The notes below the pieces were generated by a model. That model did no database searches and was not told where the DNA came from. It saw only the letters and a list, made by a program, of their open reading frames with translations. This document shows positions 17,053 through 26,010 of a DNA stretch of 26,011 nucleotides, piece by piece. The stretch lies in NCBI GenBank assembly GCA_039714075.1, contig JBDLKA010000044.1, forward strand, positions 1 to 26,011, in the 5' to 3' direction. Origin of the DNA: Candidatus Krumholzibacteriota bacterium (GTDB taxonomy: Bacteria; Krumholzibacteriota; Krumholzibacteriia; LZORAL124-64-63). The translations under genes were made by a program, and so were the position numbers. Numbering within the stretch: position 1 is the stretch's first letter; each line of letters begins with the position of its first letter.

Positions 17053-18550
17053 GTTCCTGCTCGACTTCCTGCCAGGAACCGGCGTGACGGCGGTCCGGCC
17101 CCAGTTGGACCGCGTCGGTTCCCGGCAGGACCCGGGCGGCCAGCGAGCTTTCCGCTTCGAGATCGTACCCGGCCAACCACCGCAGAAAAGGATCGGTTTC
17201 CCGTTCGTTGCGCGCCAACAATTCCCGCAGGAAAGCGCCTTCGATCACCACCGTGGCCGCCCCCTGGTCGAAATGGAACCAAACCGATTCGCCGGCCAGG
17301 ACGGCCCTGGCCAAGCCATCTCCCTCGTGGACCCGGGTCCGTCCGGTGAAGTAGAGCAATTCCTGCTGAACGCCGTAACCGACCACCATCTCCGCCCCGG
17401 GCGGCGCGGCCCGGTCCAGGGCCAGTGCCAGCCTGCGCCCGGGACCCGGATCACGGTGCATGGGCAGGATCGTGAAGAAAATGTTTCCCGCGGCCAGAAC
17501 CGCCACCAGGGTCACCACCACCGGCGGACGCACCCACGAGGGCGGCAGATCGGTGATCATGATCACGGCCAGCAGCCACAGGGGTAACAGGGTGGCGACG
17601 AAGAAATCAGGATCCGTCGGCATCCACCACAGGAAAAACGGGAGATAGAAAGCCAGAAAAACCAGACCGAACAGGCGCAGGCGCCGATGATCGCTGCCCC
17701 GGCGAAGGTGGACGACATGCCAGGTGGCCAGGAATACCAGCCCGGCCAGCATGACCAGACTCCCCGGCACCGCGGCGGCCTCGCGAACCGGTATGATCAT
17801 CCTCACCTGGCTGAGGGCCATCCGGGACACGCCCCCGGGCGAGAAATGACCGAAACTCCCCCAGGCTTCGATGGGGGCCCGGGCGTAGTGCAGGACAAAG
17901 CCCCAAAATCCCACCGAGGGTTCCCGGCTGCCGGCAGCCAGGATGTAGGGCACCAGGACCAGGACCGCCGCGCCGACGAAGACGCCCGCCGTCACCAGCT
18001 TGTCCCTCCAGCCGCCGGACCGGAGCAGGACGGCCAAGGGCACGATGAACAGCACGTTTGTCTGGTGATAGAGAACAGCCAGGGCCAGCACCGGCACCAA
18101 TAGACCGCGGCGGGCGCCTCTTTCGTCCGCCAGGGCGGCCGCCAGGGCCAGGCAGGCCAGGGCGGGAATGTAGGTCTCGACCCTGACGCTGTAGATCAGT
18201 ACGCCGCGCAGGACCAGCAGCCCGGCCGCCGCCAGGACCGGGGCCACCCGCCCGGGAAGGACGCGGCCGGCCAAACGCCAGGCGGCGAAAGCCAGCACCA
18301 CCAGCCAGAAAAGATTCTGCCACAGGGTGGCCGTGAGGGGATCGACGCCGGCGGTCAGGTGGATCAGGCGGGCGACCGGAACGTAGATCAGGTGGTGGGG
18401 ATGGAACATGTCCAGGCCGGTACGGACGGACAGCGCGTAGCTCAGGCCGTCGGGCGTCTGGTTCGACGCCCGCAGCAGCAGGAGCAGGACCGCGATCATC
18501 ACCGCGGGTACGGCCATGTCCAGGAAGTGGCGGCCGGAGGACCGGTTCAT
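17030..18550 (-). CDS. Multi-pass membrane protein, probable divergent DUF2723-like GT-C glycosyltransferase
   Basis: First TM helix followed by PDGLSYA and FHPHHLIY, then YSVRVETY and LYHQ. These sit in the same order as WDAGEF / PHQPGTPMY / IEAEVY / GFH of the DUF2723 gene. About 10 hydrophobic segments; GAGG RBS. Confidence 0.7.
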   Translation of the reverse strand: MNRSSGRHFLDMAVPAVMIAVLLLLLRASNQTPDGLSYALSVRTGLDMFHPHHLIYVPVARLIHLTAGVDPLTATLWQNLFWLVVLAFAAWRLAGRVLPGRVAPVLAAAGLLVLRGVLIYSVRVETYIPALACLALAAALADERGARRGLLVPVLALAVLYHQTNVLFIVPLAVLLRSGGWRDKLVTAGVFVGAAVLVLVPYILAAGSREPSVGFWGFVLHYARAPIEAWGSFGHFSPGGVSRMALSQVRMIIPVREAAAVPGSLVMLAGLVFLATWHVVHLRRGSDHRRLRLFGLVFLAFYLPFFLWWMPTDPDFFVATLLPLWLLAVIMITDLPPSWVRPPVVVTLVAVLAAGNIFFTILPMHRDPGPGRRLALALDRAAPPGAEMVVGYGVQQELLYFTGRTRVHEGDGLARAVLAGESVWFHFDQGAATVVIEGAFLRELLARNERETDPFLRWLAGYDLEAESSLAARVLPGTDAVQLGPDRRHAGSWQEVEQELRGFSQP

Positions 18551-18574
18551 CGCATCAACCTCACCGGCGGTCGG

Positions 18575-19048
18575 TCAGCCCTTGTCGATGTTGGCGCACA
18601 GGTCGATCATCTCCAGCGCGGTCAGGGCGGCGTCGAAACCCTTGTTGCCGGCCTTGGTGCCCGAACGCTCGATGGCCTGGTCCAGGGTCTCGGCCGTCAC
18701 GATGCCGTAAACGACCGGGATGTTCGAATCCAGCGACACCTGGGCAATGCCCTTGGTCACCTCGCCGGACACGAAATGGAAATGGGGCGTGTCCCCCTGG
18801 ATGATGCAGCCGACGCAGATCACCGCGGCGTAGCGGCCCGTCTGGACGAAGCGCTTGGCGGCGAACGGGATCTCGAACCCACCGGGCACCCAGGCGGTGT
18901 CGATCTGCTCGTCGGTCACGCCGTGGCGGTGCAGGCAGTCCAGCGCGCCTTCCATCAACTCGGAGGTGAAGAAGTCGTTGAAGCGGCTACCGACGATCGC
19001 GATCTTGGCGCCCTTCGCGTCGAAATTACCCTCGAATTTCCTGCCCAT
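18575..19048 (-). CDS. ribH: 6,7-dimethyl-8-ribityllumazine synthase
   Basis: Motifs SRFN, WVPGGFEIP, IQGDTPHF, QAIERSGTKAGNKG. AAGGAG RBS. Confidence 0.97.
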   Translation of the reverse strand: MGRKFEGNFDAKGAKIAIVGSRFNDFFTSELMEGALDCLHRHGVTDEQIDTAWVPGGFEIPFAAKRFVQTGRYAAVICVGCIIQGDTPHFHFVSGEVTKGIAQVSLDSNIPVVYGIVTAETLDQAIERSGTKAGNKGFDAALTALEMIDLCANIDKG

Positions 19049-19060
19049 CGTTTTTCTCCT

Positions 19061-20275
19061 TTAGAGGTGATCCAACAGGTGGCCCATGCGGGCCTTCTTG
19101 GTTTGCAGATATTTGGCGTTCGCGAGGTTGGGCTCGATCTGCAGCGGCACCCGGCCCTCGATGATCAGTCCGTAGCTTTCCAGGCCCACGATCTTGCGGG
19201 GGTTGTTGGTCAGCAGGCGCATGCGGCGCACACCCAGATCGCGCAGGATCTGGGCGCCGATGCCGTAGTCGCGCAGGTCCGCGGCGAAGCCCAGTTTTTC
19301 GTTGGCCTCGACCGTGTCCGCGCCTTCGTCCTGCAGGCGGTAGGCCTTCATCTTGTTGACCAGACCGATGCCCCGGCCCTCCTGGCGCATGTACAGGAAA
19401 ACCCCGGCGCCTTCCTTTTCGATCAGGTCGAGGGCCGCGGCCATCTGCTGGCCGCAGTCGCAGCGCCGGCTGTGGAACAGGTCGCCGGTCATGCACTCGC
19501 TGTGGACCCTGACCAGGACGGGCTTTTCGTGGTCGATCTCCCCCTTGGTCAGCGCCACGTGTGTAGCACCGTCGACGCTGGTCGAATAGGCGACCATTTC
19601 GAAATCCCCGAACTCCGTCGGCAGCGGCACTTGCGCCTCGCGGACCACGAGCTTCTCGTTGTCCCGGCGCCATTTGATCAGATCGGCGATGGTGATCAGC
19701 TTCAGGTCGAACTCCGTGGCCATTTCCCGCAGGCGCGGCATCCGGGCCATCTCGCCGTCGTCATCCATGATCTCGCACAGCAGACCCGCCGGGTACAAGC
19801 CCGCCGCTTCGCACAGGTCCACCACCGCCTCGGTGTGGCCCGCGCGCTTCAACACGCCGCCGCACTGGGCCTCGAGGGGGAAGATGTGGCCGGGCCGGGC
19901 CAGGTCCTCGGGCCTGGTGGCAGGATCGATAAACACTTCGACTGTGCGGGAACGGTCGGCCGCGCTGATGCCCGTCGTAACACCGGTGGCGGCATCGATG
20001 CTCACGGTGAACTTCGTACCGAGGGAGGCCGTGTTCCGGGCGACCATGGGATGGATGTCCAGCTCCTGCAGCCGCTGCCCGGTGGCCGCGAGACAGATCA
20101 GGCCACGGCCCGTCTTGGCGATGAAGTTCACCGCCTGCGGGGTCACCTTCTCGGCGGCGATGATGAAATCACCCTCGTTCTCCCGGTCCTCGTCGTCCAC
20201 CACGATGATGATTTCCCCTTGCCGGAGGGCTTCCAGCGCTTCGGCGATGGTGTTGACAGGGTTTCCATCGGTCAT
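19061..20275 (-). CDS. ribBA: Bifunctional 3,4-dihydroxy-2-butanone-4-phosphate synthase / GTP cyclohydrolase II
   Basis: Motifs [63 protein letters not shown]. Start at ATG 20275 (20287 possible). Confidence 0.97.
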   Translation of the reverse strand: MTDGNPVNTIAEALEALRQGEIIIVVDDEDRENEGDFIIAAEKVTPQAVNFIAKTGRGLICLAATGQRLQELDIHPMVARNTASLGTKFTVSIDAATGVTTGISAADRSRTVEVFIDPATRPEDLARPGHIFPLEAQCGGVLKRAGHTEAVVDLCEAAGLYPAGLLCEIMDDDGEMARMPRLREMATEFDLKLITIADLIKWRRDNEKLVVREAQVPLPTEFGDFEMVAYSTSVDGATHVALTKGEIDHEKPVLVRVHSECMTGDLFHSRRCDCGQQMAAALDLIEKEGAGVFLYMRQEGRGIGLVNKMKAYRLQDEGADTVEANEKLGFAADLRDYGIGAQILRDLGVRRMRLLTNNPRKIVGLESYGLIIEGRVPLQIEPNLANAKYLQTKKARMGHLLDHL

Positions 20276-20279
20276 GTCT

Positions 20280-20984
20280 TCATCCATTCCTCTGGGACCG
20301 GCGCCGGCCGAAGCCTTTGGCCAGCAGACGGTCCATGGTCCATGATGTTTTCTTCTGCGGCGCACCGGCGGGGTCCGTCCCCAACCCGGGCAGGGTGACG
20401 CCGTCCGCGCCGCGGGCCGCCTTCACCAGCACATCCATTTCCAGGTTCACCCGGCGGCCGGTCCGGACCTCGGCGAAGGTGGTCGCCGCCAGGGTGTGGG
20501 GAATCAGGTTGACGGTAAAATCCCGCACGAAGGGACCCTGGTCCACCGTCAGGCTCACCCCGTCGACGGCCACCGATCCCTTGGGCGTCAGGTTCGCGGC
20601 CAGTTCCGCCGGCACCGCCACGGTCACCAGCAGGCTGCCGCCGGCCTTCCGGACCGCCTTGACCGTCCCGGTCCCGTCCACGTGGCCCTGGACCAGGTGT
20701 CCGTCAAGGGGATCCCCGGCCCGCAGGGCGGGTTCCAGATGCAACCGGTCGCCGCGGCGCCAATGCCTCAGGGTGGTCAGGCGACTGGTTTCCGCGGCGG
20801 CCTCGACACTGAACCCGCGGTCGGAACGCGAAGTCACCGTCAGACAAATCCCGTTGACGGCGATGCTGTCCCCCACGGCGGCCCGCCGGGCGGTCACGGG
20901 GGCCTCGATGTCCAGGCGCACCACCCCACGGCGGGGAGCCATTCCCCTGAGCCTGCCGATTTCCCTGATCAGACCGGTGAACAT
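20280..20984 (-). CDS. ribE: Riboflavin synthase (alpha chain; RibC in E. coli nomenclature)
   Basis: N-terminal [47 protein letters not shown]. Confidence 0.96.
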   Translation of the reverse strand: MFTGLIREIGRLRGMAPRRGVVRLDIEAPVTARRAAVGDSIAVNGICLTVTSRSDRGFSVEAAAETSRLTTLRHWRRGDRLHLEPALRAGDPLDGHLVQGHVDGTGTVKAVRKAGGSLLVTVAVPAELAANLTPKGSVAVDGVSLTVDQGPFVRDFTVNLIPHTLAATTFAEVRTGRRVNLEMDVLVKAARGADGVTLPGLGTDPAGAPQKKTSWTMDRLLAKGFGRRRSQRNG

Positions 20985-21015
20985 GGTGTCCTTGTCGCTT
21001 CCCTTTCGCGGTTCG

Positions 21016-22188
21016 TTAGACGGTGACTCTTGCCAGCACAGCGGCGAAGCTGCGCCGGTCATGAATGACCTGCAGATCATCCCCCACCCGCAGTTGCCGG
21101 GTCAGGGAAAAATTGTTTTGTGGTCCCTCGATTCCCAGTCCCCCGGGCCAGCCCACGCCGTCGTGCAGCACCGTCGGCGCCAGGTACCGGACCCAGCGGT
21201 CGACCAGTCCGGCCCGCAGGAACGAGGCGGCCAGCCGGGGTCCGCCTTCGACCATGATCGTCAGCAGATCACGGCAGACCGCGGCTTCACACAAGCCTGC
21301 CGGATCGACTTTTCCGGCGGTTTCGCGGCAGAAGACGATCTCGCCCCCATCGGCCTCGATCCTCTCCCGGTTCTCCGACTCCCGGGCCCCGTGCCCGGCA
21401 AAAACCAGATATTGGTCGCGGTTGAAGCCCCCGGTCCAGCTGAGGTCCGTATCCACGTATCCCGCCATGGGCTCGCTTGCCGGGACTTCCGCGTCGGCGG
21501 CGGCCAGACGCCCGTCGAGCCGTGGGTTGTCGGCCCGAACGGTCCCTTCGCCGACCAGAACGAGGTCCACCCGGCGCCGTCGGCGGTGCACGTCGCGGCG
21601 CGCGGCCTGCCCGGTCAGGAATACCGGAGCGGTTTCCCGGCGAGAATCCGGCGGGGGAGCAAAGCGGCCATCCAGACTGAGGGCGGTCTTGAGTTCGACA
21701 TAGGCGTGGGTGAAGTTGTCCGTGGCCACGAACGGCCAGATCATTTCGAGGGCCTCGTCCGCCAGGACGCCGCAGGTGACATCCAGCCCCCGGTCGCGCA
21801 GATAACGGCAGCCTCCCCCGCTGACGGTGGGATTGGGATCCCGCATGGCGACCACGACCCGCGAAAGGCCGCTGGTCGCCACCGCCGGCGCGCAAGGTGG
21901 GGTCCGGCCTTGGTGGTTGCATGGTTCGAGAGTGACGTACAGGGTTGCACCCCGTGCCAGTTCCCCCGCTTCCGCCAAAGCCAACGGTTCGGCATGGGGT
22001 CGGCCCGGCCCTTCGTGGGCGCCCCGACCGATGACGGCTCCGTCCCTGACCACCACCGCGCCGACCGGCGGGTTGGGCCAGGTGCGAGACTCGACCCCGC
22101 GGGCCAGGGACACGGCCTCGGCCATGAAGCAGTTGTCCAGGGCGGCTTGGTCGTCACGGTACCTGCTCTTGCAGTCCACAGCATCCAT
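21016..22188 (-). CDS. ribD: Bifunctional diaminohydroxyphosphoribosylaminopyrimidine deaminase / reductase
   Basis: Motifs PNPPVGAV, HAE, TLEPCNHQGRTPPC, LKTALSLDG, TVRADNPRL, VEGG. The start was moved downstream of the riboswitch (22188; 22179 possible). Confidence 0.95.
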   Translation of the reverse strand: MDAVDCKSRYRDDQAALDNCFMAEAVSLARGVESRTWPNPPVGAVVVRDGAVIGRGAHEGPGRPHAEPLALAEAGELARGATLYVTLEPCNHQGRTPPCAPAVATSGLSRVVVAMRDPNPTVSGGGCRYLRDRGLDVTCGVLADEALEMIWPFVATDNFTHAYVELKTALSLDGRFAPPPDSRRETAPVFLTGQAARRDVHRRRRRVDLVLVGEGTVRADNPRLDGRLAAADAEVPASEPMAGYVDTDLSWTGGFNRDQYLVFAGHGARESENRERIEADGGEIVFCRETAGKVDPAGLCEAAVCRDLLTIMVEGGPRLAASFLRAGLVDRWVRYLAPTVLHDGVGWPGGLGIEGPQNNFSLTRQLRVGDDLQVIHDRRSFAAVLARVTV

Positions 22189-22280
22189 GAGGTAACAGGC
22201 GGGGATCAATTGAGGGCAGGAATAGACGGATCGCCCCCGAACCGGAGGTTTCACCCCCCGAGGGGACAGCAACGGACCGC

Positions 22281-22402
<122 letters not shown>

Positions 22403-22451
22403 AGGTTTTTCGGGTGAAGATCACCCGAAGGATATTGAGTTTTCTGTAACA

Positions 22452-22480
22452 AAACTAGACGGTTGGAGGGAATTCGTCAA
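22452..22480 (-). promoter_or_regulatory. sigma70 promoter of the rib operon
   Basis: TTGACG-N17-TAGTTT about 50 nt upstream of the aptamer. Confidence 0.7.
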
Positions 22481-22488
22481 GCGCCGCC

Positions 22489-22860
22489 TCAAGCCGGCGG
22501 CTGCCAAAGTTCGACCTTGTTCCCCTCAGGATCGAGGAACCAGCCGAATCGTCCGAATTCGGATTCTTCGATTTCGGTCATGACTTCGGCGCCACCTTCG
22601 CGGACCCTGGCCAGACATCCGTCCAGGTCGTCCACGATCAGGTTAATCATGAAAACCTGATCCGAGGGAGCAAAGTAGGTCGTGTCCTTCTTGAAGGGGG
22701 ACCAGACACCGTAGGAGTTTGCCGGCAGGCCATCGTGCTTCAGGCAGGCCCCATAAGGATGTTCCACGGGAAGGTCCAGCCATTCCAGGTACCAGGCCCC
22801 CAGCTTTTCAGGATCCCTGGATTTAAAAAATACCCCACCGAGGCCCAGCACTTTGGCCAT
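22489..22860 (-). CDS. VOC / glyoxalase-bleomycin resistance family protein
   Basis: Motifs MAKVLGLGGVFFKSRDP, FMINLIVDDLD, FGRFGWFLDPEGNKVELWQP. Confidence 0.92.
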   Translation of the reverse strand: MAKVLGLGGVFFKSRDPEKLGAWYLEWLDLPVEHPYGACLKHDGLPANSYGVWSPFKKDTTYFAPSDQVFMINLIVDDLDGCLARVREGGAEVMTEIEESEFGRFGWFLDPEGNKVELWQPPA

Positions 22861-22862
22861 GA

Positions 22863-23207
22863 TCAGACTTCCTCTCTGGCCCGGTACCGATCCGCCGCGG
22901 CGAACACGATCACGGCCCGGTATCCCTCATGAACGGTGGCCGCGTGCGGCTGGCCGGCCGGCACAAAGAAATTGTCCCCCGGTCCGAAAATTTCCGTGCC
23001 TCCGTTCCGGTGGAGTTCCGCCCGGCCGCTGATCACCATTTCCCACTGGTCGGCGTGGGTGTGTTGGGGAACCTCCACGGTCTCGGTGAACTCCACGAAT
23101 ACGGTCTGCTGGCGGTCGCTGGTGATCATCCAGCCCCGGACACCGCCAAAGGGGAAGGCGACCTCGGGATTGGCTTTGATGAAGGCGGGAAATTCCGTCG
23201 GTGACAT
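22863..23207 (-). CDS. Cupin domain protein (114 aa)
   Basis: Start reassigned to ATG 23207 (GGAGG RBS). Cupin motifs PQHTHADQWEMVISG and GPGDNFFVPAGQPHAA. Confidence 0.88.
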   Translation of the reverse strand: MSPTEFPAFIKANPEVAFPFGGVRGWMITSDRQQTVFVEFTETVEVPQHTHADQWEMVISGRAELHRNGGTEIFGPGDNFFVPAGQPHAATVHEGYRAVIVFAAADRYRAREEV

Positions 23208-23223
23208 GAGGAGGTCCTCCGTT

Positions 23224-24564
23224 TCAGGTGCGGTCGCTTTTCGATCCCTTGAAAAACCGGGGATCCAGTACCGGCAGGCCCACCGCGGCCAAACGCCGCT
23301 GGGCGACCTCGTAGAACTGGCGGGCGGGTATCCGGCTGAAACCCAGCTTGATGTCATATATCATCTCGCCCTGCAGGAACCGCCAGTGGTTCAGCAGGGT
23401 TGGCACTTTCGCGTTGGCCTCGTACTGGATCAGCCGGCGGTGGGAGCTGCTGAGATTGATGGTCGGGTCGTTGCGCTTGGCGGCGAAATGGATCAGGTCG
23501 AAGATTTCCCGGTCGTCCACCAGGGGCCGGTCCTCCCGGTCCATGAAATGACGCTGGAGGCGGCGGGCCAGCTGGACATCGAACCCTCCCCAGGCCATTT
23601 GCAGAAGGAATTTGTCATAGGTGTCGATGGCGTCCATGACGAAGGCCCCGAGCATGGCGTCGTAACCGTGCTGGGCGCCGATATGGATCAGGGCCAGGTC
23701 GTCGCAGATGCCGTCGCCGAGCCGGCGGCGGAAAAAGGCCTGGTCGTGGTCCGGATACCGGTAGTCCGCGTGCCGGTCCCGACATATCACCCCGATGTCG
23801 CTCAGGGTCCGCAACTGCTGGTTGTCGAACAGGACGCTCCCGGTGTCCCCCAGTCCGCACATTTCGAATTTTTCCCGGTCGACGATGAGGATCTCCCCGC
23901 CCCCGATATGGAACGGCAGGCCGCCAAAGGTGCGCCGGTGTTCCAGCATGGCGGTTTCCCGGCTCGTCCAGTCGTCCATGAAACCGGCCAGGACCAGACC
24001 CGTCACGAAGGCGCGGGTCTCCACCGGCCGGTCGGCCAGGAAATCGATCCCGAACAACGGGGCGCCGTCCACGACCAGCTCCAGCTCCGGGCGATCCAGG
24101 TTGGCGAAAAGCCATTCGCCGAAACGGGTCAGCCTTGCGCCGCGGCGTTCCCTGACCAGATGGCCCTTGAGGTTGGCGTCGGCCGATTCCAGCACGCTCA
24201 GCACCCGGTCGAAGGTGGCGTCCGGGAAGCGCAGGGAGGTGCCGAACTCGTCGGTGAACCACCCGTGGCCGTTCTGGGCCCGGCCCAGAACCGACTGGGG
24301 CAACAGATCGGCCAGGACACTGACCGAAGCGGCAAAACGCTGGGAAAGCAGGTAGTCGAAGTCGAGGGAAACAAGGCGTTCGAAGGTTTCGCGGTGGCGC
24401 ACCAGGTCCAGGGTCCGGAAGCCCAGGAAACGGGATCGCGAAGCCTGGTCGGCGGGGCGGTCGCCCCGGCCTTTGCCTTTGCCCTTGACCCGGTCGAGCA
24501 GGGCTTCCACCCTGTCGACCGTTTTGCGTTTGCGGCCACGCCTCCTGCGTGATGGACCTGACAA
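23224..24564 (-). CDS. Hypothetical soluble protein (~446 aa)
   Basis: Fills the ftsY-cupin gap with globular-like composition. Likely TTG start at 24564 (GGGAG 5 nt upstream). No family recognised. Confidence 0.75.
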   Translation of the reverse strand: MSGPSRRRRGRKRKTVDRVEALLDRVKGKGKGRGDRPADQASRSRFLGFRTLDLVRHRETFERLVSLDFDYLLSQRFAASVSVLADLLPQSVLGRAQNGHGWFTDEFGTSLRFPDATFDRVLSVLESADANLKGHLVRERRGARLTRFGEWLFANLDRPELELVVDGAPLFGIDFLADRPVETRAFVTGLVLAGFMDDWTSRETAMLEHRRTFGGLPFHIGGGEILIVDREKFEMCGLGDTGSVLFDNQQLRTLSDIGVICRDRHADYRYPDHDQAFFRRRLGDGICDDLALIHIGAQHGYDAMLGAFVMDAIDTYDKFLLQMAWGGFDVQLARRLQRHFMDREDRPLVDDREIFDLIHFAAKRNDPTINLSSSHRRLIQYEANAKVPTLLNHWRFLQGEMIYDIKLGFSRIPARQFYEVAQRRLAAVGLPVLDPRFFKGSKSDRT

Positions 24565-24589
24565 GGTTGCTCCCGTCGTACAGCGGGGG

Positions 24590-25669
24590 TCAGTCGGCGG
24601 CCGCGGGATCGGCCGGGGCGGAGTCCCCACCTTCATCGGACCAGTCGGCGAACAGGGCGTCCACGAACTGGTCCGCATCGAAGACCGCCAGGTCTTCCAC
24701 CTGCTCTCCCATGCCCACATAGCGCACGGGCAGCCCGAGGGTCTCGGCGATCGCCACCACGATGCCCCCCTTGGCCGTGCCGTCGAGCTTGGTAAGAATC
24801 AATCCCTCGACCGGAATGGTCTCGGCGAATACGCGGGCCTGGGCCAGGCCGTTCTGGCCGGTGTTGCCGTCCACCACCAGCAGGGTTTCGGGATCCCGCC
24901 CGGTTTTCTTGAGGATGACCCGGGCCACCTTCCCCAGTTCATCCATGAGGTTGGTCTTGGTGTGCAGACGGCCGGCGGTATCGATGATCACCGTGTCGAT
25001 GCCCCGGGCTTGGGCCGCGCTCAGGGCGTCGAACACGACCGCGGCGGGGTCGGCGCCCGTCCCCTGGCGCACACACTCCACACCCACGCGCTCGGCCCAG
25101 ATTTCCAGTTGTTCCACCGCGGCCGCCCTGAAGGTGTCACCCGCGGCCAGAAGAACCTTCCGGCCCTCGTTCTTCAGGAGGTGGGCCAGCTTGGCGATGC
25201 TGGTGGTTTTTCCGGTCCCGTTGACGCCGACAACGAAAATGACGCGGGGAGACGCCGCCTCCGGGGCGGGGGTTTCAGCGGCCGGCCCGGCGTTCTTCCC
25301 GGCGTCCTTCCCCTTGCCTTTCGACTTTTTCTTCTTCTTTTTCCCACCGTCCTGGGCGTCCCAGGTCAACGGCTTGATCCGCGGCACGGCTGTTTCCAGG
25401 ATCTGCTTCACGTCGGACCGGATGACCTCCAGAACGCTGTCCAGGTTGGCCTCCCCGCCCTCTTCCTTCAGCCGTTTCTCGATGTTGTGCGTAATGGCCA
25501 CGGCGGATTTTACCCCCATGTCCGCACTGATCAGCAACTCCTCGATCTGTTCGAGGGTTTCCGCATCCAGCTTGACCCGGCGGCCGAACATGGACTGCAG
25601 GCCGCCGACCATGCCTTCGCGGGTCTTGCGCAGCCCCGCCCGAAACCGGTTGATGGCTCCCTTGATCAC
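24590..25669 (-). CDS. ftsY: Signal recognition particle receptor FtsY
   Basis: Motifs EELLISADMG, GVNGTGKTT, DTFRAAA, DTAGRLHT, TKLDGTAKGG. GTGA overlap with the smc stop. Confidence 0.97.
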   Translation of the reverse strand: MIKGAINRFRAGLRKTREGMVGGLQSMFGRRVKLDAETLEQIEELLISADMGVKSAVAITHNIEKRLKEEGGEANLDSVLEVIRSDVKQILETAVPRIKPLTWDAQDGGKKKKKKSKGKGKDAGKNAGPAAETPAPEAASPRVIFVVGVNGTGKTTSIAKLAHLLKNEGRKVLLAAGDTFRAAAVEQLEIWAERVGVECVRQGTGADPAAVVFDALSAAQARGIDTVIIDTAGRLHTKTNLMDELGKVARVILKKTGRDPETLLVVDGNTGQNGLAQARVFAETIPVEGLILTKLDGTAKGGIVVAIAETLGLPVRYVGMGEQVEDLAVFDADQFVDALFADWSDEGGDSAPADPAAAD

Positions 25670-26010
25670 TCGCTGGCCTCCATGGTCCCGGCCTCGGACT
25701 CGATCTCGACCTCGACTTCAGTCACGGCTTCGGCCTCGGCGACGGCCGCCTCTTCCAGTTCCAGGGCCCGGTTCACCTCCACCTTGTCCACGCTCTTGCG
25801 CCGGTCCGCGATGGCCCGGCCGAGTTCCTGGTCGCTTTGCGTGGCGGCGACGTCGTGGAAACTGACCGACACGATGCTGCTGCAACCCGGTTCCATCATG
25901 GTCACCCCGTACAGGTGGTTGGCCGTCTCCATGGTCAGCTTGTTGTGCGTGATGACCAGGAACTGGGTATTGCGGCTGAACTCCCGCAGCATGTTGACGA
26001 AGCGCCCGAT
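25666..26010 (-). CDS. smc: Chromosome segregation protein SMC, C-terminal fragment (5' part outside the window)
   Basis: IGRFVNMLREFSRNTQFLVITHNKLTMETANHLYGVTMMEPGCS (H-switch region). The smc-ftsY adjacency is a common arrangement. Confidence 0.92.
   Translation of the reverse strand: MGRFVNMLREFSRNTQFLVITHNKLTMETANHLYGVTMMEPGCSSIVSVSFHDVAATQSDQELGRAIADRRKSVDKVEVNRALELEEAAVAEAEAVTEVEVEIESEAGTMEASE

Noticed and set aside
15229..18574. Mobile element explaining the ribH-nusB insertion
   Set aside because: No transposase, integrase, terminal inverted repeats or target duplication were seen.
22409..22429. Perfect 9-bp hairpin TTCGGGTGA/TCACCCGAA as a terminator for the VOC gene
   Set aside because: On the transcribed strand it is followed by As, not Us, and it lies downstream of the rib promoter. 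It is better read as a leader stem.
23208..23221. GGAGGACCTCC self-complementary RBS of the cupin gene as an RNA thermometer
   Set aside because: Only a 4-bp stem with a 3-nt loop is feasible, which is too weak to support the claim.
25318..25345. A/T-rich run in ftsY as a slippage or phase-variation tract
   Set aside because: It encodes in-frame lysines with mixed codons in an essential gene, and the homopolymers are only 5 nt.
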